This document shows, piece after piece, positions 18,506-27,459 of a DNA stretch of 48,802 bases. The notes beneath the pieces were generated by a model. The model worked only from the letters and a program-made list of their open reading frames with translations. It did not search any database and was not told where the DNA came from. Made by a program: the position numbers and the translations under genes. The DNA is from Gemmobacter sp. (GTDB lineage: Bacteria > Pseudomonadota > Alphaproteobacteria > Rhodobacterales > Rhodobacteraceae), in the NCBI GenBank assembly GCA_030834485.1, contig JAUREX010000001.1, forward strand, positions 1-48,802, in the 5' to 3' direction. The first letter of the stretch is position 1. Each line of letters begins with the position of its first letter.

Positions 18506-20292
18506 CTAATCGCCGAGTGCGGGGTAGTCGGCAAGGACCGTTTCCGAGGGTTCGGGCTCTGGCCGCACGCCAAGGAGCGGGCCGATCCGGCGCAGGATCA
18601 CCTGCACCACCGGCACCGTCGTCCAGCCCGCGGTGCGGCGGGCCTCGGTGCCCGTCCGGTCCTCGGCCTCGTCGAGCGAGACGACGATGACATAGCGCGG
18701 GTCGGTCATCGGGAAGGCGCCGGCAAAGGTCGCGACCACCTTGTCGTCGACATAGCCGCCGCCGCGGCTGGGCTTTTCGGCGGTGCCGGTCTTGCCGCCG
18801 AGGTAATAGCCCGCGACCTCGGCCTGCCGGGCGGTCCCTTGCGTGACGGTCGAGCGCAGGATGCCGCGCATGCGCGCCGATGTCTCGGGCGCGATCAGCC
18901 GCTCGCCCAGCGCGGGGTCGTCGCGGCGCAGAAGCGTGGGGGTGACGCGCATGCCGCCGTTCACGAGGCTTGCATAGGCCGAGGCGAGATGCACGAGATT
19001 GGCCGAGATGCCATGCCCATAGGCGACCGTCGCGGCCGTCGTGTCGGACCAGCGCGGCGGCACGAGGGGCCGCGCGCCCGGCGCCTCGCTGAGTTCGAGC
19101 GGCACGGGCGCGAAAAAGCCCAGCCGGCGCAGGAAATCCTCCTGCGGGCCGTGGCCGATCGCGGTGGCGAGCTTGACGGTCCCGACGTTCGAGCTTTTTG
19201 CGATGATGCCCGCGACCGTCAGGACGCGCGGCGTCGTCGGATGGTCGCGTACCGTCGCGCTCCCGGCCCGGATCGGCCCCTTCACATCCATGACCGTGCG
19301 CGGCTCCACAAGGCCGAGTTCGAGCGCCTGCGCCACCGGAAAGACCTTCATCACCGAGCCGAGCTCATAGACCCCCTGCAGCGCGCGGTTGAAGAGCGGG
19401 CTGTCGCCCGGATCGCCCGTCACGCGCGGGTTGGGCCGGTCGTTGGGGTCGAAATCGGGCAGCGAGACCATCGCCAGAATTTCGCCGGTGTGCACATCGA
19501 TCACGATGCCGCCGCCCCCTTGGCGTTCATCAGGTGCATGCCCGCCTCGAGCGTCTCGGTCAGCGCAGCCTGGACCGAAAGATCGAGCGAGAGCGCGAGC
19601 GGCTGGCCGAGGAGCGCCGGGTCGCGCAGCCGCTGATCGAGCGCGCGCTCGATCCCGGCCGTGCCGATCACCTCGGCCGAATCGACCCCCTCCTGCCCGA
19701 AGGAGGCACCCCCGAGCACATGCGCCGCGATCCGCCCGTTGGGATAGAGGCGCATCTCGCGCGCGCCGAACAGCAGCCCCGGCTCGCCGATCTCGTGCAC
19801 GCGCTGGCGCTGCTCGGGCGAGAGGGTGCGGCGCACCCAGACGAAACTGCGCCCCGAGGTGAACTGGCGCGCCAGCGCATCGCCGTCGAGATCGGGAAAG
19901 ATCGCGGCGAGGGCGCGCGCGCTGCCGATCGGGTCGATCATGGCGCGCGGGTGGGCATAGAGGGCGTGGGTGACGAGGTTCGTCGCCATCACCCTGCCCT
20001 GGCGGTCGACGATGTCGGCGCGCTGGGCCTGGATCTCGGCGCGGGCCTCGGCGATGCCCGGCTCGATCGGCTGGGTCGCGGCCAGAACCCCCATCCGCAG
20101 CCCGATGACGGTAAAGAGCAGGCAGAACGCCGCCGTCAGGAACCAGATGCGCTGGGCGGCGGTGGCGCGGACGCGCTCGCGCATCTCCTCATGGCGCAGG
20201 CGGATGTTCTCGGCCTCGATCAGGTCGGGATTGCCGCCCTCGACCCTCGCGCGCAGGATCTGGGGAAGGGGGCGCAGCGGCGTGCGCATCAC
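18506..20292 (-). pseudogene. ftsI: peptidoglycan D,D-transpeptidase FtsI (PBP3), reading frame interrupted by a 1-nt frameshift near 19515-19519 (possibly a sequencing artefact)
   Basis: The N-terminal piece (19501-20292: TM anchor + dimerisation domain) ends ...HLMNAKGAAAS*. The transpeptidase piece (18506-19504 in the track) is open further upstream in the -1 frame as GGGGIVIDVHTGEILAMVSLP, and contains SVMK (SxxK), SN and KTGT motifs. Confidence 0.85.
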
Positions 20293-20618
20293 TGGCCCTC
20301 CGCCTCTGCCGCGCCTGCATCGGCGGGTGCGACCGACGGCAGCGGCAGGTTCGAGAGGGCCGCGAACTGTTCGGGCGTGATCGCGAAAAGCGGCAGCGCC
20401 CCGACATTGGCCACGACCAGCTCGGCCAGCCGGTCAGGACGGTTGAGATAGGCCCATTCGGCGCGGTTGACCGCGATCGCCTCGCGCAGCGCCGCAACCT
20501 CGCGCTGAAGTGCCGCCACCTCGCGCAGCGCCTGCTGGGTCGCGTAATTCTCGCGGTAGGCCCAGAAGGCGAGGCTCAGCACCCCGAAGCCCGCCATCAG
20601 GATCAGGATCGTCCGCAT
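20289..20618 (-). CDS. ftsL: cell division protein FtsL (alphaproteobacterial type)
   Basis: 109 aa with a single N-terminal TM helix plus a coiled coil (ALREVAALQREVAALREAIA). It sits between rsmH and ftsI, and its stop overlaps the ftsI start. Confidence 0.85.
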   Translation of the reverse strand: MRTILILMAGFGVLSLAFWAYRENYATQQALREVAALQREVAALREAIAVNRAEWAYLNRPDRLAELVVANVGALPLFAITPEQFAALSNLPLPSVAPADAGAAEAEGQ

Positions 20619-21634
20619 CAGCGCCCCCTGCCCCGACTTGGCCTGCGACCCGTGCCGTGTTCCGGCAGCACCGGCACGCCGAGCGCGCGCGGATCGGGCG
20701 GGGCGGGCGGGGCGGCGGTGCGGCGCGCGACCCGCAGATGGGCCGAGCGCGCGCGCGGATTGGCCGCGACCTCGGCCGCATCGGGCGCAACGGCGCGGCG
20801 CGTCACCGCCTCGAAGCGCGCGGGCGCGGGGGCAGCGTCGGGCAGATGGCGGCTCTGGCCCCGCGCGGGGTCCGCGGCCTCGGCGATGAAGCGCTTGACG
20901 ATCCGATCCTCGAGCGAATGGAAGGTCACGACCGCCAGCATCCCGCCCGGGCGCAGCGCGCGCTCGGCCGCCGCCAGCCCCGCCAAGAGGGCCTCGAACT
21001 CGGCGTTGACGGCGATGCGCAGCGCCTGAAAGCTGCGCGTCGCGGGGTGGCTCTGGCCGGGCTTGGACCGCGGCAGGCAGCCCGCCACGATCTCGGCCAG
21101 CGCGCGCGTCGTCTCGATTGGGGCCTCGGCGCGGGCGGCGACGATGGCGCGCGCGATGCGGCGCGCGGCATGTTCCTCGCCGAAGTGATAGAGGATGTCG
21201 GCGATCTCGGCCTCGGCCGCGCGATTGACGATGTCGGCCGCCGTCGGCCCCTCGGCGCCCATCCGCATGTCGAGCGGGCCGTCGCGCAGAAAGGAAAATC
21301 CGCGCCCGGCCGCATCGATCTGCATCGACGACACGCCAAGGTCGAGCACCACGCCATCGACCGGCCCGCCCGCGAGTGTGTCGAGATCGGCGAAATTGCC
21401 CTCGATCAGCCGCAGCCGGTCGCCCATCGGGCCCGCCCAGCCCGCCGCGAGGGCAAGCGCGCTCGGGTCGCGGTCGATGCCGATGACGCGCTCGGCCCCG
21501 GCCTCGAGCAGCGCGCGCGCATAGCCGCCCGCGCCGAAGGTCCCATCGACCCAGACGCCGCGCACCGGCGCCACCGCCGCGATCAAGGGCCCGATCAGGA
21601 CGGGGATATGGGGCGGGGGCGCCATCATGCCCAT
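20618..21634 (-). CDS. rsmH: 16S rRNA (cytosine1402-N4)-methyltransferase RsmH (MraW)
   Basis: HIPVL...DGTFGAGGY...GIDRDP...[10 protein letters not shown] motifs. Confidence 0.96.
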   Translation of the reverse strand: MGMMAPPPHIPVLIGPLIAAVAPVRGVWVDGTFGAGGYARALLEAGAERVIGIDRDPSALALAAGWAGPMGDRLRLIEGNFADLDTLAGGPVDGVVLDLGVSSMQIDAAGRGFSFLRDGPLDMRMGAEGPTAADIVNRAAEAEIADILYHFGEEHAARRIARAIVAARAEAPIETTRALAEIVAGCLPRSKPGQSHPATRSFQALRIAVNAEFEALLAGLAAAERALRPGGMLAVVTFHSLEDRIVKRFIAEAADPARGQSRHLPDAAPAPARFEAVTRRAVAPDAAEVAANPRARSAHLRVARRTAAPPAPPDPRALGVPVLPEHGTGRRPSRGRGR

Positions 21635-21635
21635 C

Positions 21636-22142
21636 TCACCCCCCCTCGGACGGCGGATCGAGCAGGGTCAGCACATCGGCGTCCGCGGGCAGATCGGCAA
21701 AGGCCGCGGCGAAGCGCTGCGCCTTGTCGGCCTCATAGGTCTCGGGCAGCCAGATCTGAAAGGTATCGAGCGCCCCGGCAAAGAGCGCATCCCCCGTCTC
21801 GGGCAGCCCGATGCGCTCGCGCAGGCGCTGGTTGAGGACGATGCGCCCGTCGGGGTCGACCTCGGCGCTGTCCGAGCCCGCGATCATCACCTGCTCGAGC
21901 AGGCGCCGGCGGGCCGAGCCGCGCGGGAGGGCGGCGATCTGGGCCTCGACCCCGCGGATCGCGGCTTCGGTGAAACATTCGAGAAAGCGCCGGCGCGGAT
22001 CGCCCCAGACAATGCGCACCCGCGGCCGGAGCCCCTCGTGCCAGTCGGGATCGCCCTGTTCGAGCACCCTGCGGAAGTCGGCCGGAATCGAGACGCGGCC
22101 CTTGGCGTCAACCCTCTGGGTGAATTCGCCGTGAAAGTACAC
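21636..22142 (-). CDS. mraZ: division/cell wall cluster transcriptional regulator MraZ
   Basis: The translation [23 protein letters not shown]... and a second SpoVT/AbrB-like half ([15 protein letters not shown]) identify MraZ. I chose the GTG at 22142 because AAGGAAGG lies 6 nt upstream. The track ORF (to 22400) runs into non-coding DNA. Confidence 0.9.
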   Translation of the reverse strand: MYFHGEFTQRVDAKGRVSIPADFRRVLEQGDPDWHEGLRPRVRIVWGDPRRRFLECFTEAAIRGVEAQIAALPRGSARRRLLEQVMIAGSDSAEVDPDGRIVLNQRLRERIGLPETGDALFAGALDTFQIWLPETYEADKAQRFAAAFADLPADADVLTLLDPPSEGG

Positions 22143-22400
22143 GCCCGCCTTCCTTGCGCCCTGCCCTCGTGCCGCCCTTGCGGGCCGATCACTCCCCGAA
22201 CGGAAACGGCGGACCGCGCGCCTTCGCCCGATCCGCCGCCCTCGCCCCGTCGTCGGGTCCCGGTCGCGCCGTCCTTGGGGGGTGCCAGAGGGCGCGCCGG
22301 AAGTCTGTGTCGTGTGGCGGGAGCCTGTGAAACCTGCCTCAAGATCCGGAGTCTGCGCCCCGTGTGGTCTGCCCGCCGTCTTCTGAAGCCTGTGTGGCAT
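22143..22400 (-). promoter_or_regulatory. long structured 5' leader of the mraZ/dcw operon (UpsM-like region, boundaries uncertain)
   Basis: About 250 nt of non-coding DNA lie between the phased repeat array/TTGACT hexamer (22414-22419) and the mraZ start. The region contains a 10-bp stem, CCGGCGCGCC...GGCGCG(A)CCGG, and a hairpin GGCGGA...TCCGCC followed by GTTTCCGTT. Confidence 0.3.
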
Positions 22401-22444
22401 GGGAAAACATGGGAGTCAACGGGAAATTTTGGGAAAGTGCGGGC
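22400..22444 (+). promoter_or_regulatory. five YGGGN pentamers in exact 10-bp register (MraZ-operator-like direct repeats)
   Basis: TGGGA 22400, TGGGA 22410, CGGGA 22420, TGGGA 22430, CGGGC 22440. CGTGTGG/TGTGTGG copies lie at 22311, 22361 and 22391, also at multiples of 10 bp. Confidence 0.5.
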
Positions 22445-22671
22445 AGAGGCACGATTCTGTGCAACGAACCCACGCCAAAGGGGCTGGCGTGCGGGACGCC
22501 CGAACCCGAGCACGCCCGGTACTGCGGCACGGCCGGCGAAAACCGCACATGATTTCAGCGTTTTCGCCATGTTCATGCTGCAAGGCAGCATTGCGGAGAC
22601 CGCTATTGTGCAATCGCAGAAATGCGCCATCTTGGAGGGGAAGCGTCGGCGATCGCACCGGCGCGGCCCTG

Positions 22672-22845
22672 GTCGGCCGGTATCTCCTCCCCCGGTCGGC
22701 GAGGTGCGGATGCGGGTCTCCTCCCCCGCAGGCCGCAGGGGCTGGGGGCCTTCGGGCCCCGGCGATGTACGAAAGGCCCTTCTCCTCCCCGGGCCGATCG
22801 GACTGGCGGCAATCCCGACCTCCCCGGGATTGCCGCCTCATTTTT
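22672..22845 (+). ncRNA. candidate tandem sRNA of the CcsR / cuckoo (alpha-r14-like) type: hairpins with CCUCCUCCC-type loops (5' end uncertain)
   Basis: - Hairpin 1: 22672-22700, loop UAUCUCCUCCC.
- Hairpin 2: 22706-22736, loop UCUCCUCC.
- Spacer hairpin: GGGGCC-UUCG-GGCCCC, 22745-22760.
- Hairpin 4: 22775-22795, loop UUCUCCUCCCC.
- Terminator hairpin: 22805-22837, loop ACCUCCC, followed by a U-tract. Confidence 0.6.
22805..22845 (+). terminator. intrinsic terminator (13-bp perfect stem + T-run)
   Basis: GGCGGCAATCCCG (22805-22817) pairs with CGGGATTGCCGCC (22825-22837), followed by TCATTTTT. There is no T-run on the opposite strand, so it serves a + strand transcript. Confidence 0.8.
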
Positions 22846-22874
22846 CCCGGGGGTTGTCAGGCAGTTGCCGGCCG

Positions 22875-23513
22875 TCAGCCGGCCCGCGCCATCCGGTCGC
22901 GCAGCGCCACGAGGCGGGCATAGAGCACGCCGACATCCGGCGCGGCCGGGGCAGGAACGGGCACCGAGACGGCGACGGGCACGGGCACGGGCCGCGCCGC
23001 TGCGGCGACGGGCTGATCGGGCGCCGGATCGGTGGCGCCTGCGGGCTCGAACCCCGGCAGGCTGAGCTGCGCCGCGTCGATCGCGGGCGGGGCGGCGCGC
23101 CGGCGCGGCAGCGCCACGACCTTGGCATCCGAAGGCGCAGCCCGGACCGGCGCCATCGGCGCGGGTTCGGGCGCCGAGACGGGTTCTGCCGGCGCGGTCT
23201 GGATTTCCTGCGGTGCCGCCATCGCTGCCACCTGTCTTATGCCATGATCGCGCAGCATCTTCTGCACCGCGCGGATCGAGAGGCCATCCTCGTGCAAGAG
23301 CCGGCGCAGCGCGGTGATGAGCGCGACATCCGTCGGCCGGTAATAGCGCCGCCCGCCTGCGCCCTTGACGGGCCGGATCTGGGGAAAGCGGCTCTCCCAG
23401 AAGCGCAGCACATGGGTGGGCAGGCCCATGGCCTCGGCCACCTCGCCGATCGTGCGGAAGGCGTCGGGGGCCTTGCGATCGGGGGCCTTGCGGGCAGAGG
23501 CGCGCTCGGTCAC
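22875..23513 (-). CDS. MerR family transcriptional regulator
   Basis: The HTH region [40 protein letters not shown] is MerR-type, followed by a Pro/Ala-rich C-terminus. It overlaps the ihfA stop, a pairing conserved in alphaproteobacteria. Confidence 0.88.
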   Translation of the reverse strand: MTERASARKAPDRKAPDAFRTIGEVAEAMGLPTHVLRFWESRFPQIRPVKGAGGRRYYRPTDVALITALRRLLHEDGLSIRAVQKMLRDHGIRQVAAMAAPQEIQTAPAEPVSAPEPAPMAPVRAAPSDAKVVALPRRRAAPPAIDAAQLSLPGFEPAGATDPAPDQPVAAAARPVPVPVAVSVPVPAPAAPDVGVLYARLVALRDRMARAG

Positions 23514-23812
23514 GCCGGGGCCCCGCCAGCGACGCGCGCCTTGAGGACATGCGACGGGCGGAAGGTCAGCACGCGGCGCGGCGTGATCGGCACTTCCTCG
23601 CCGGTCTTGGGATTGCGGCCCATGCGGGCGTTCTTGCTGCGCACCGAGAAGGTGCCGAAGGACGATATCTTGACGCTCTCGCCCGCGACGAGCGCGTCCG
23701 AGATGTTCTGGATGATCGATTCGACAAGCAGGGCGGATTCGTTGCGCGACAGACCGACCTCGCGCACGACCGCCTCGCTCAGATCCATGCGCGTGAGCGT
23801 GTTTTCAGACAT
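23510..23812 (-). CDS. ihfA: integration host factor subunit alpha
   Basis: 100 aa; [10 protein letters not shown]...[26 protein letters not shown] is the IHF/HU fold with alpha-subunit features. Confidence 0.95.
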   Translation of the reverse strand: MSENTLTRMDLSEAVVREVGLSRNESALLVESIIQNISDALVAGESVKISSFGTFSVRSKNARMGRNPKTGEEVPITPRRVLTFRPSHVLKARVAGGAPA

Positions 23813-23874
23813 TGCCCTTCCCCGCAGTCAAATCCGAACGGTTTCAACTTGCTCGCTCGAGGGGCATGAGTCAA

Positions 23875-24846
23875 CTACCACCGCAGGACTACCGCGCCCC
23901 ACGCAAGCCCCCCGCCGATCGCCTCGAGGACGACGACCTGCCCCGGACGGATGCGCCCCTGCCCATGCGCCACCGACAGCGCGAGCGGGATCGACGCGGC
24001 CGAGGTGTTGCCATGGTCCTGCACCGTCACCACCACCCGCTCCATCGGCACCTGGAGCCGCGCCGCGGTGGCCTGGATGATGCGCAGGTTCGCCTGATGC
24101 GGCACGACCCAGTCGACCGCGCCCTCATCGAGCCCGGCCTTGCCGAGCGCCGCATGCGCGGTCGCGGCGAGCTTTTCGACCGCGTGACGAAAGACCTCGC
24201 GCCCCTGCATCCGCAGATGCCCGACCTGGCCGGTCGAAACCCCGCCGTCGACATAGAGCAGATCGCGGTGCCGCCCGTCGGAATGGAGATCGACCGCAAG
24301 GATGCCGCGGTCGGCGGGCGTGCCCGCGCCCTCGGCCGCCTCGAGGATGACGGCGCCCGCCCCGTCGCCGAAGAGGACGCATGTTCCCCGGTCGGTCCAG
24401 TCCATCAGGCGCGAAAAGGTCTCTGCCCCGATCACCAACACGCGGCCCGCCAGCCCCGCGCGGATCAGCGCATCGGCGTTGGCGAGCGCGAAGACGAAGC
24501 CCGCGCAGACCGCCTGCACGTCATAGGCAAAGCCCCGCGTCATCCCGAGGCCCGCCTGCACCATCGTCGCGGCGGACGGAAAGGTGAGGTCGGCGGTCGA
24601 GGTCGCGACGATCACCGCGTCGATGTCGTCGGGCCCGAGGCCCGCATCGCCAAGCGCGGCCTGCCCGGCGCGGATCGCGAGGTCCGAGGTCGTCTGCCCC
24701 TCGGCCGCGACATGGCGCCGCTCGATCCCCGAACGCTCGCGGATCCATGCGTCCGAGGTGGCAAGGCTCGCCTCGAACTCGGCATTCTCGACCACCCGCT
24801 CGGGCAGGTAATGGCCGACGCCGCGGATGCAGGCGCGGCGCGTCAT
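23875..24846 (-). CDS. fabH: 3-oxoacyl-ACP synthase III FabH
   Basis: AVCAGF active-site Cys, HQANLRI and GNTSAASIP motifs. I chose the ATG at 24846, which forms an ATGA overlap with the plsX stop. The track ORF is longer. Confidence 0.95.
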   Translation of the reverse strand: MTRRACIRGVGHYLPERVVENAEFEASLATSDAWIRERSGIERRHVAAEGQTTSDLAIRAGQAALGDAGLGPDDIDAVIVATSTADLTFPSAATMVQAGLGMTRGFAYDVQAVCAGFVFALANADALIRAGLAGRVLVIGAETFSRLMDWTDRGTCVLFGDGAGAVILEAAEGAGTPADRGILAVDLHSDGRHRDLLYVDGGVSTGQVGHLRMQGREVFRHAVEKLAATAHAALGKAGLDEGAVDWVVPHQANLRIIQATAARLQVPMERVVVTVQDHGNTSAASIPLALSVAHGQGRIRPGQVVVLEAIGGGLAWGAVVLRW

Positions 24847-25949
24847 CGCGCCTCTCCCGCGCGGGGCGCAGGGGTTGGGCCCGAGACACCCGCCTCGAGC
24901 AATTGCGCCGCGAGGCCCTGCTGAAAGCCCGACCGCGCGAGGCGGTGCGCAAGGTCGATCGCGGCCGCAACCCCCGTCGCATCGGCAGAGCCATGCGATT
25001 TCACCACCGTGCCGTTCAGCCCCAGAAAGACCCCGCCATTGACGCGGCGCGGGTCGATCCGGCGCTGCAGCCGGCGCAGCGAGGTCATCGCCAGAAGGGC
25101 CGCGACCTTCGACCAGACCGAGGCGCTGAAGGCCTCGCGCAGGAAATCGCGGATGAGGCGCGCCGTCCCCTCGCCGGTCTTGAGGGCGATGTTGCCGGTA
25201 AAGCCGTCGGTCACGATCACGTCGACCCGGTCCGAGGGGATGTCGGTGCCCTCGACGAAGCCCGCGCAGGCAAAGCGGCCCGCGGCCGCGCTCGCCGCGA
25301 TCAGATCGAGTGCTGCGCGCAATTCGGGGCGGCCCTTGTTGTCCTCGGTCCCGACGTTCAGCACGCCCACGCGCGGCGCCGCGATCCCGAGCCCGTGGCG
25401 GGCATAGGCCGCGCCCATTAGCGCGTATTGCGCAAGGTCGGGGGCATCGGCGCGCACATCGGCGCCGACATCGAGCATGACGTTGAAGCCGGCCGCCCCG
25501 CGCGAGGGCCACAGGCACGCGATGGCGGGGCGATTCACGCCCGGCAGCTTGCGCAGGCGGATCATCGACATCGCCATGAGCGCGCCGGTATTACCGCAAG
25601 AGACCGCAACCGCCGCCGAGCCGTCGCGCACCGCCTCGATCGCGCCCCACATCGATGTCCCCTCACCCTGGCGCAGGACCTGGCTCGGCTTGTCGGTCAT
25701 GGCGACGATGCGCTCGGCGTGGCGGATGACGCAGCGCGCCGCAAGGTCGGGGTGCTGGCCGAGGATGCGGCGCAGTTCGGCCTCGGGGCCGTGGAGGATG
25801 AAGTTCAGATCGGGTGCTGCGCGCGCCGCAAGGCGCACGCCCGCGATGACCGCCTCGGGCCCGCTGTCGCCGCCCATGGCGTCGATCGAGAGCACAACCT
25901 TCCCGCCCGTTGGGGCCGAGAGGGCGCTGCGCGATGTGCCTTGTGCCAT
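24843..25949 (-). CDS. plsX: phosphate acyltransferase PlsX
   Basis: LSIDAMGGDSGPE, and GFVEGTDI...DVIVTDGFTGNIALKT motifs. I chose the ATG at 25949 (MAQGTSRS...). Confidence 0.94.
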   Translation of the reverse strand: MAQGTSRSALSAPTGGKVVLSIDAMGGDSGPEAVIAGVRLAARAAPDLNFILHGPEAELRRILGQHPDLAARCVIRHAERIVAMTDKPSQVLRQGEGTSMWGAIEAVRDGSAAVAVSCGNTGALMAMSMIRLRKLPGVNRPAIACLWPSRGAAGFNVMLDVGADVRADAPDLAQYALMGAAYARHGLGIAAPRVGVLNVGTEDNKGRPELRAALDLIAASAAAGRFACAGFVEGTDIPSDRVDVIVTDGFTGNIALKTGEGTARLIRDFLREAFSASVWSKVAALLAMTSLRRLQRRIDPRRVNGGVFLGLNGTVVKSHGSADATGVAAAIDLAHRLARSGFQQGLAAQLLEAGVSGPTPAPRAGEAR

Positions 25950-25984
25950 GGGGCGCGCCCGGGCTGCGGCGGGGCTGCCGGCCC

Positions 25985-26191
25985 TCAGGCCGCGTCGTCC
26001 TCGACCTCGACCTCGGGGGCGCGGGCCGAAACCTCGCGCCCATCGTAATGGCCGCAAGAGGCGCAGACGTGATGGGGGCGCTTCAACTCGCCACAGTTGG
26101 CGCATTCGTTGGGGTTCGCGGCAACGAGCGCGTCGTGGGCGCGGCGCATGTTGCGGCGTGACCGCGTCACTCGGTTCTGCTGGACGGCCAT
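25985..26191 (-). CDS. rpmF: 50S ribosomal protein L32
   Basis: [22 protein letters not shown]...[23 protein letters not shown] at 26191 with GAGG upstream. Confidence 0.95.
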   Translation of the reverse strand: MAVQQNRVTRSRRNMRRAHDALVAANPNECANCGELKRPHHVCASCGHYDGREVSARAPEVEVEDDAA

Positions 26192-26347
26192 GTCTCTACC
26201 TCGGATTGGGGGACTGGCCCCTGCGATTCGTGCGGATGGGGCCCTGCGAAGGAACGCGCACGCCCCCACGGCCGGACCGGCCCCGCGAGGCGCGGACCAT
26301 AGAACTTCTGGCCGCGCGCGCAAGCCCTTTTTCGGGCGCCCGCCCCC

Positions 26348-26887
26348 TCAATCCGCGTCGTCGGCGGGGGGGCGCAGTGCGCGCAGCGCGGCGAAGGGGT
26401 GCACGTCGGCATCGCGCAGGGGTGCTGCACCGGGCGGGCCGAAGGCGGCCTCGCCAAGCGCCGCCCCCGCGGCGCGCGGATAATCGGGCAGGCCCAGCGC
26501 CAGCGCCTCGGCCGCGACCGCCACGAGGTCGATCGCCTCGGGCAGGGGTTCGGCGGTGTCGTCCTCGGGCATCTCGGTCTCGCCCGGCGGCGCGTCGGGC
26601 AGGTCGGCGAGATAGCGGCGCAGGACCGGCACCTCGAGCGTCGTCCAGACGGGTTCGAGCGTCACGACGCAAGGCTGCGCCGCGCGCGCCCCGAGGCGGG
26701 CCTCGAGCACGAGATCGCGCGCGCCGAGCGGGCGCAGCGTCCCGCGCAACTCAAGCCGCTCGAGTGCTACGAGGCCGAGATCGCGCGCCACCGCGGCCCG
26801 CGTCTCGGCATCGGCGACAAGCGCGATGTCGCGGGCACGCCGGCCCTGCACCTCGGCGCTGCGGATGATGGTCGGGGGGTGGGGCAT
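26348..26887 (-). CDS. YceD/DUF177 family protein
   Basis: Acidic 179-aa protein upstream of rpmF-plsX-fabH, the classic yceD position. ATG at 26887 with AAGGGAG upstream. Confidence 0.8.
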   Translation of the reverse strand: MPHPPTIIRSAEVQGRRARDIALVADAETRAAVARDLGLVALERLELRGTLRPLGARDLVLEARLGARAAQPCVVTLEPVWTTLEVPVLRRYLADLPDAPPGETEMPEDDTAEPLPEAIDLVAVAAEALALGLPDYPRAAGAALGEAAFGPPGAAPLRDADVHPFAALRALRPPADDAD

Positions 26888-27001
26888 CGCGGCTCCCTTG
26901 CGTCCTTGAACCTCCGGCGCGCCATCGTGTAAGAAGAAGGCCGGACATGCCCCGATTACGGGGCACGCGGGGCCGGGGCAAGAGGCAGGGCGGCAATCGG
27001 C

Positions 27002-27457
27002 ATGGGCATCGGACGGACGGGCCGCGCGGTCGCTCTGGCAGGGCTGGTGGCGCTTGCGCTGGCAGGCTGCGCCGAGCGGGTGCGCACGCATGGTTACGCC
27101 CCCGACGAGGCGGCGCTGGCCGAGCTTGTGCCCGGCACCGACACGCGCGCATCCGTCGCCGCCAAGGTCGGGCGGCCCTCGACCGCGGGCCTCATGCAGG
27201 GGGGCGACTGGTTCTATGTCCAGAGCCGCTGGCGCGATTTCGGCGCGCGCGCAGCGGTCGAGATCTCGCGCGAGGTGGTGGTCGTGTCGTTCGATGCGCA
27301 GAACGTCCTGCGCGAGACCGCGCGCTATGGCCTCGAGGATGGGCGCGTGGTCCCGATCTCGCGCCGCACGACCGAAACGACGATCCGCAACGTAAGCCTG
27401 ATCCAGCAGCTTCTGCGCAACGTTGGCAACATCCGCGCCGAGCAGCTGGTGGATTGA
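27002..27457 (+). CDS. bamE: outer membrane protein assembly factor BamE (SmpA/OmlA)
   Basis: Lipobox LALAGC, then HGYAPDEAALAELVPGTDTRASVAAKVGRPS, typical of alphaproteobacterial BamE. Confidence 0.85.
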   Translation: MGIGRTGRAVALAGLVALALAGCAERVRTHGYAPDEAALAELVPGTDTRASVAAKVGRPSTAGLMQGGDWFYVQSRWRDFGARAAVEISREVVVVSFDAQNVLRETARYGLEDGRVVPISRRTTETTIRNVSLIQQLLRNVGNIRAEQLVD

Positions 27458-27459
27458 GG

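Noticed and set aside
19501-19520. Programmed -1 ribosomal frameshift as the explanation for the split ftsI.
   Set aside because: There is no X XXY YYZ slippery heptamer in the zero frame (GCC AAG GGG GCG), and no obvious downstream stimulatory structure was checked or seen. A homopolymer indel is the simpler explanation.
22364-22923. ORFs 22364-22552 and 22399-22923 (+), and 22416-22841 (-), inside the mraZ-upstream non-coding region. I also searched here for the DUF1127 gene expected upstream of CcsR-type sRNAs.
   Set aside because: No frame gives a DUF1127-like sequence or any other recognisable motif. There is no SD in front of the starts. The region is better explained by the repeats, hairpins and terminator described above.
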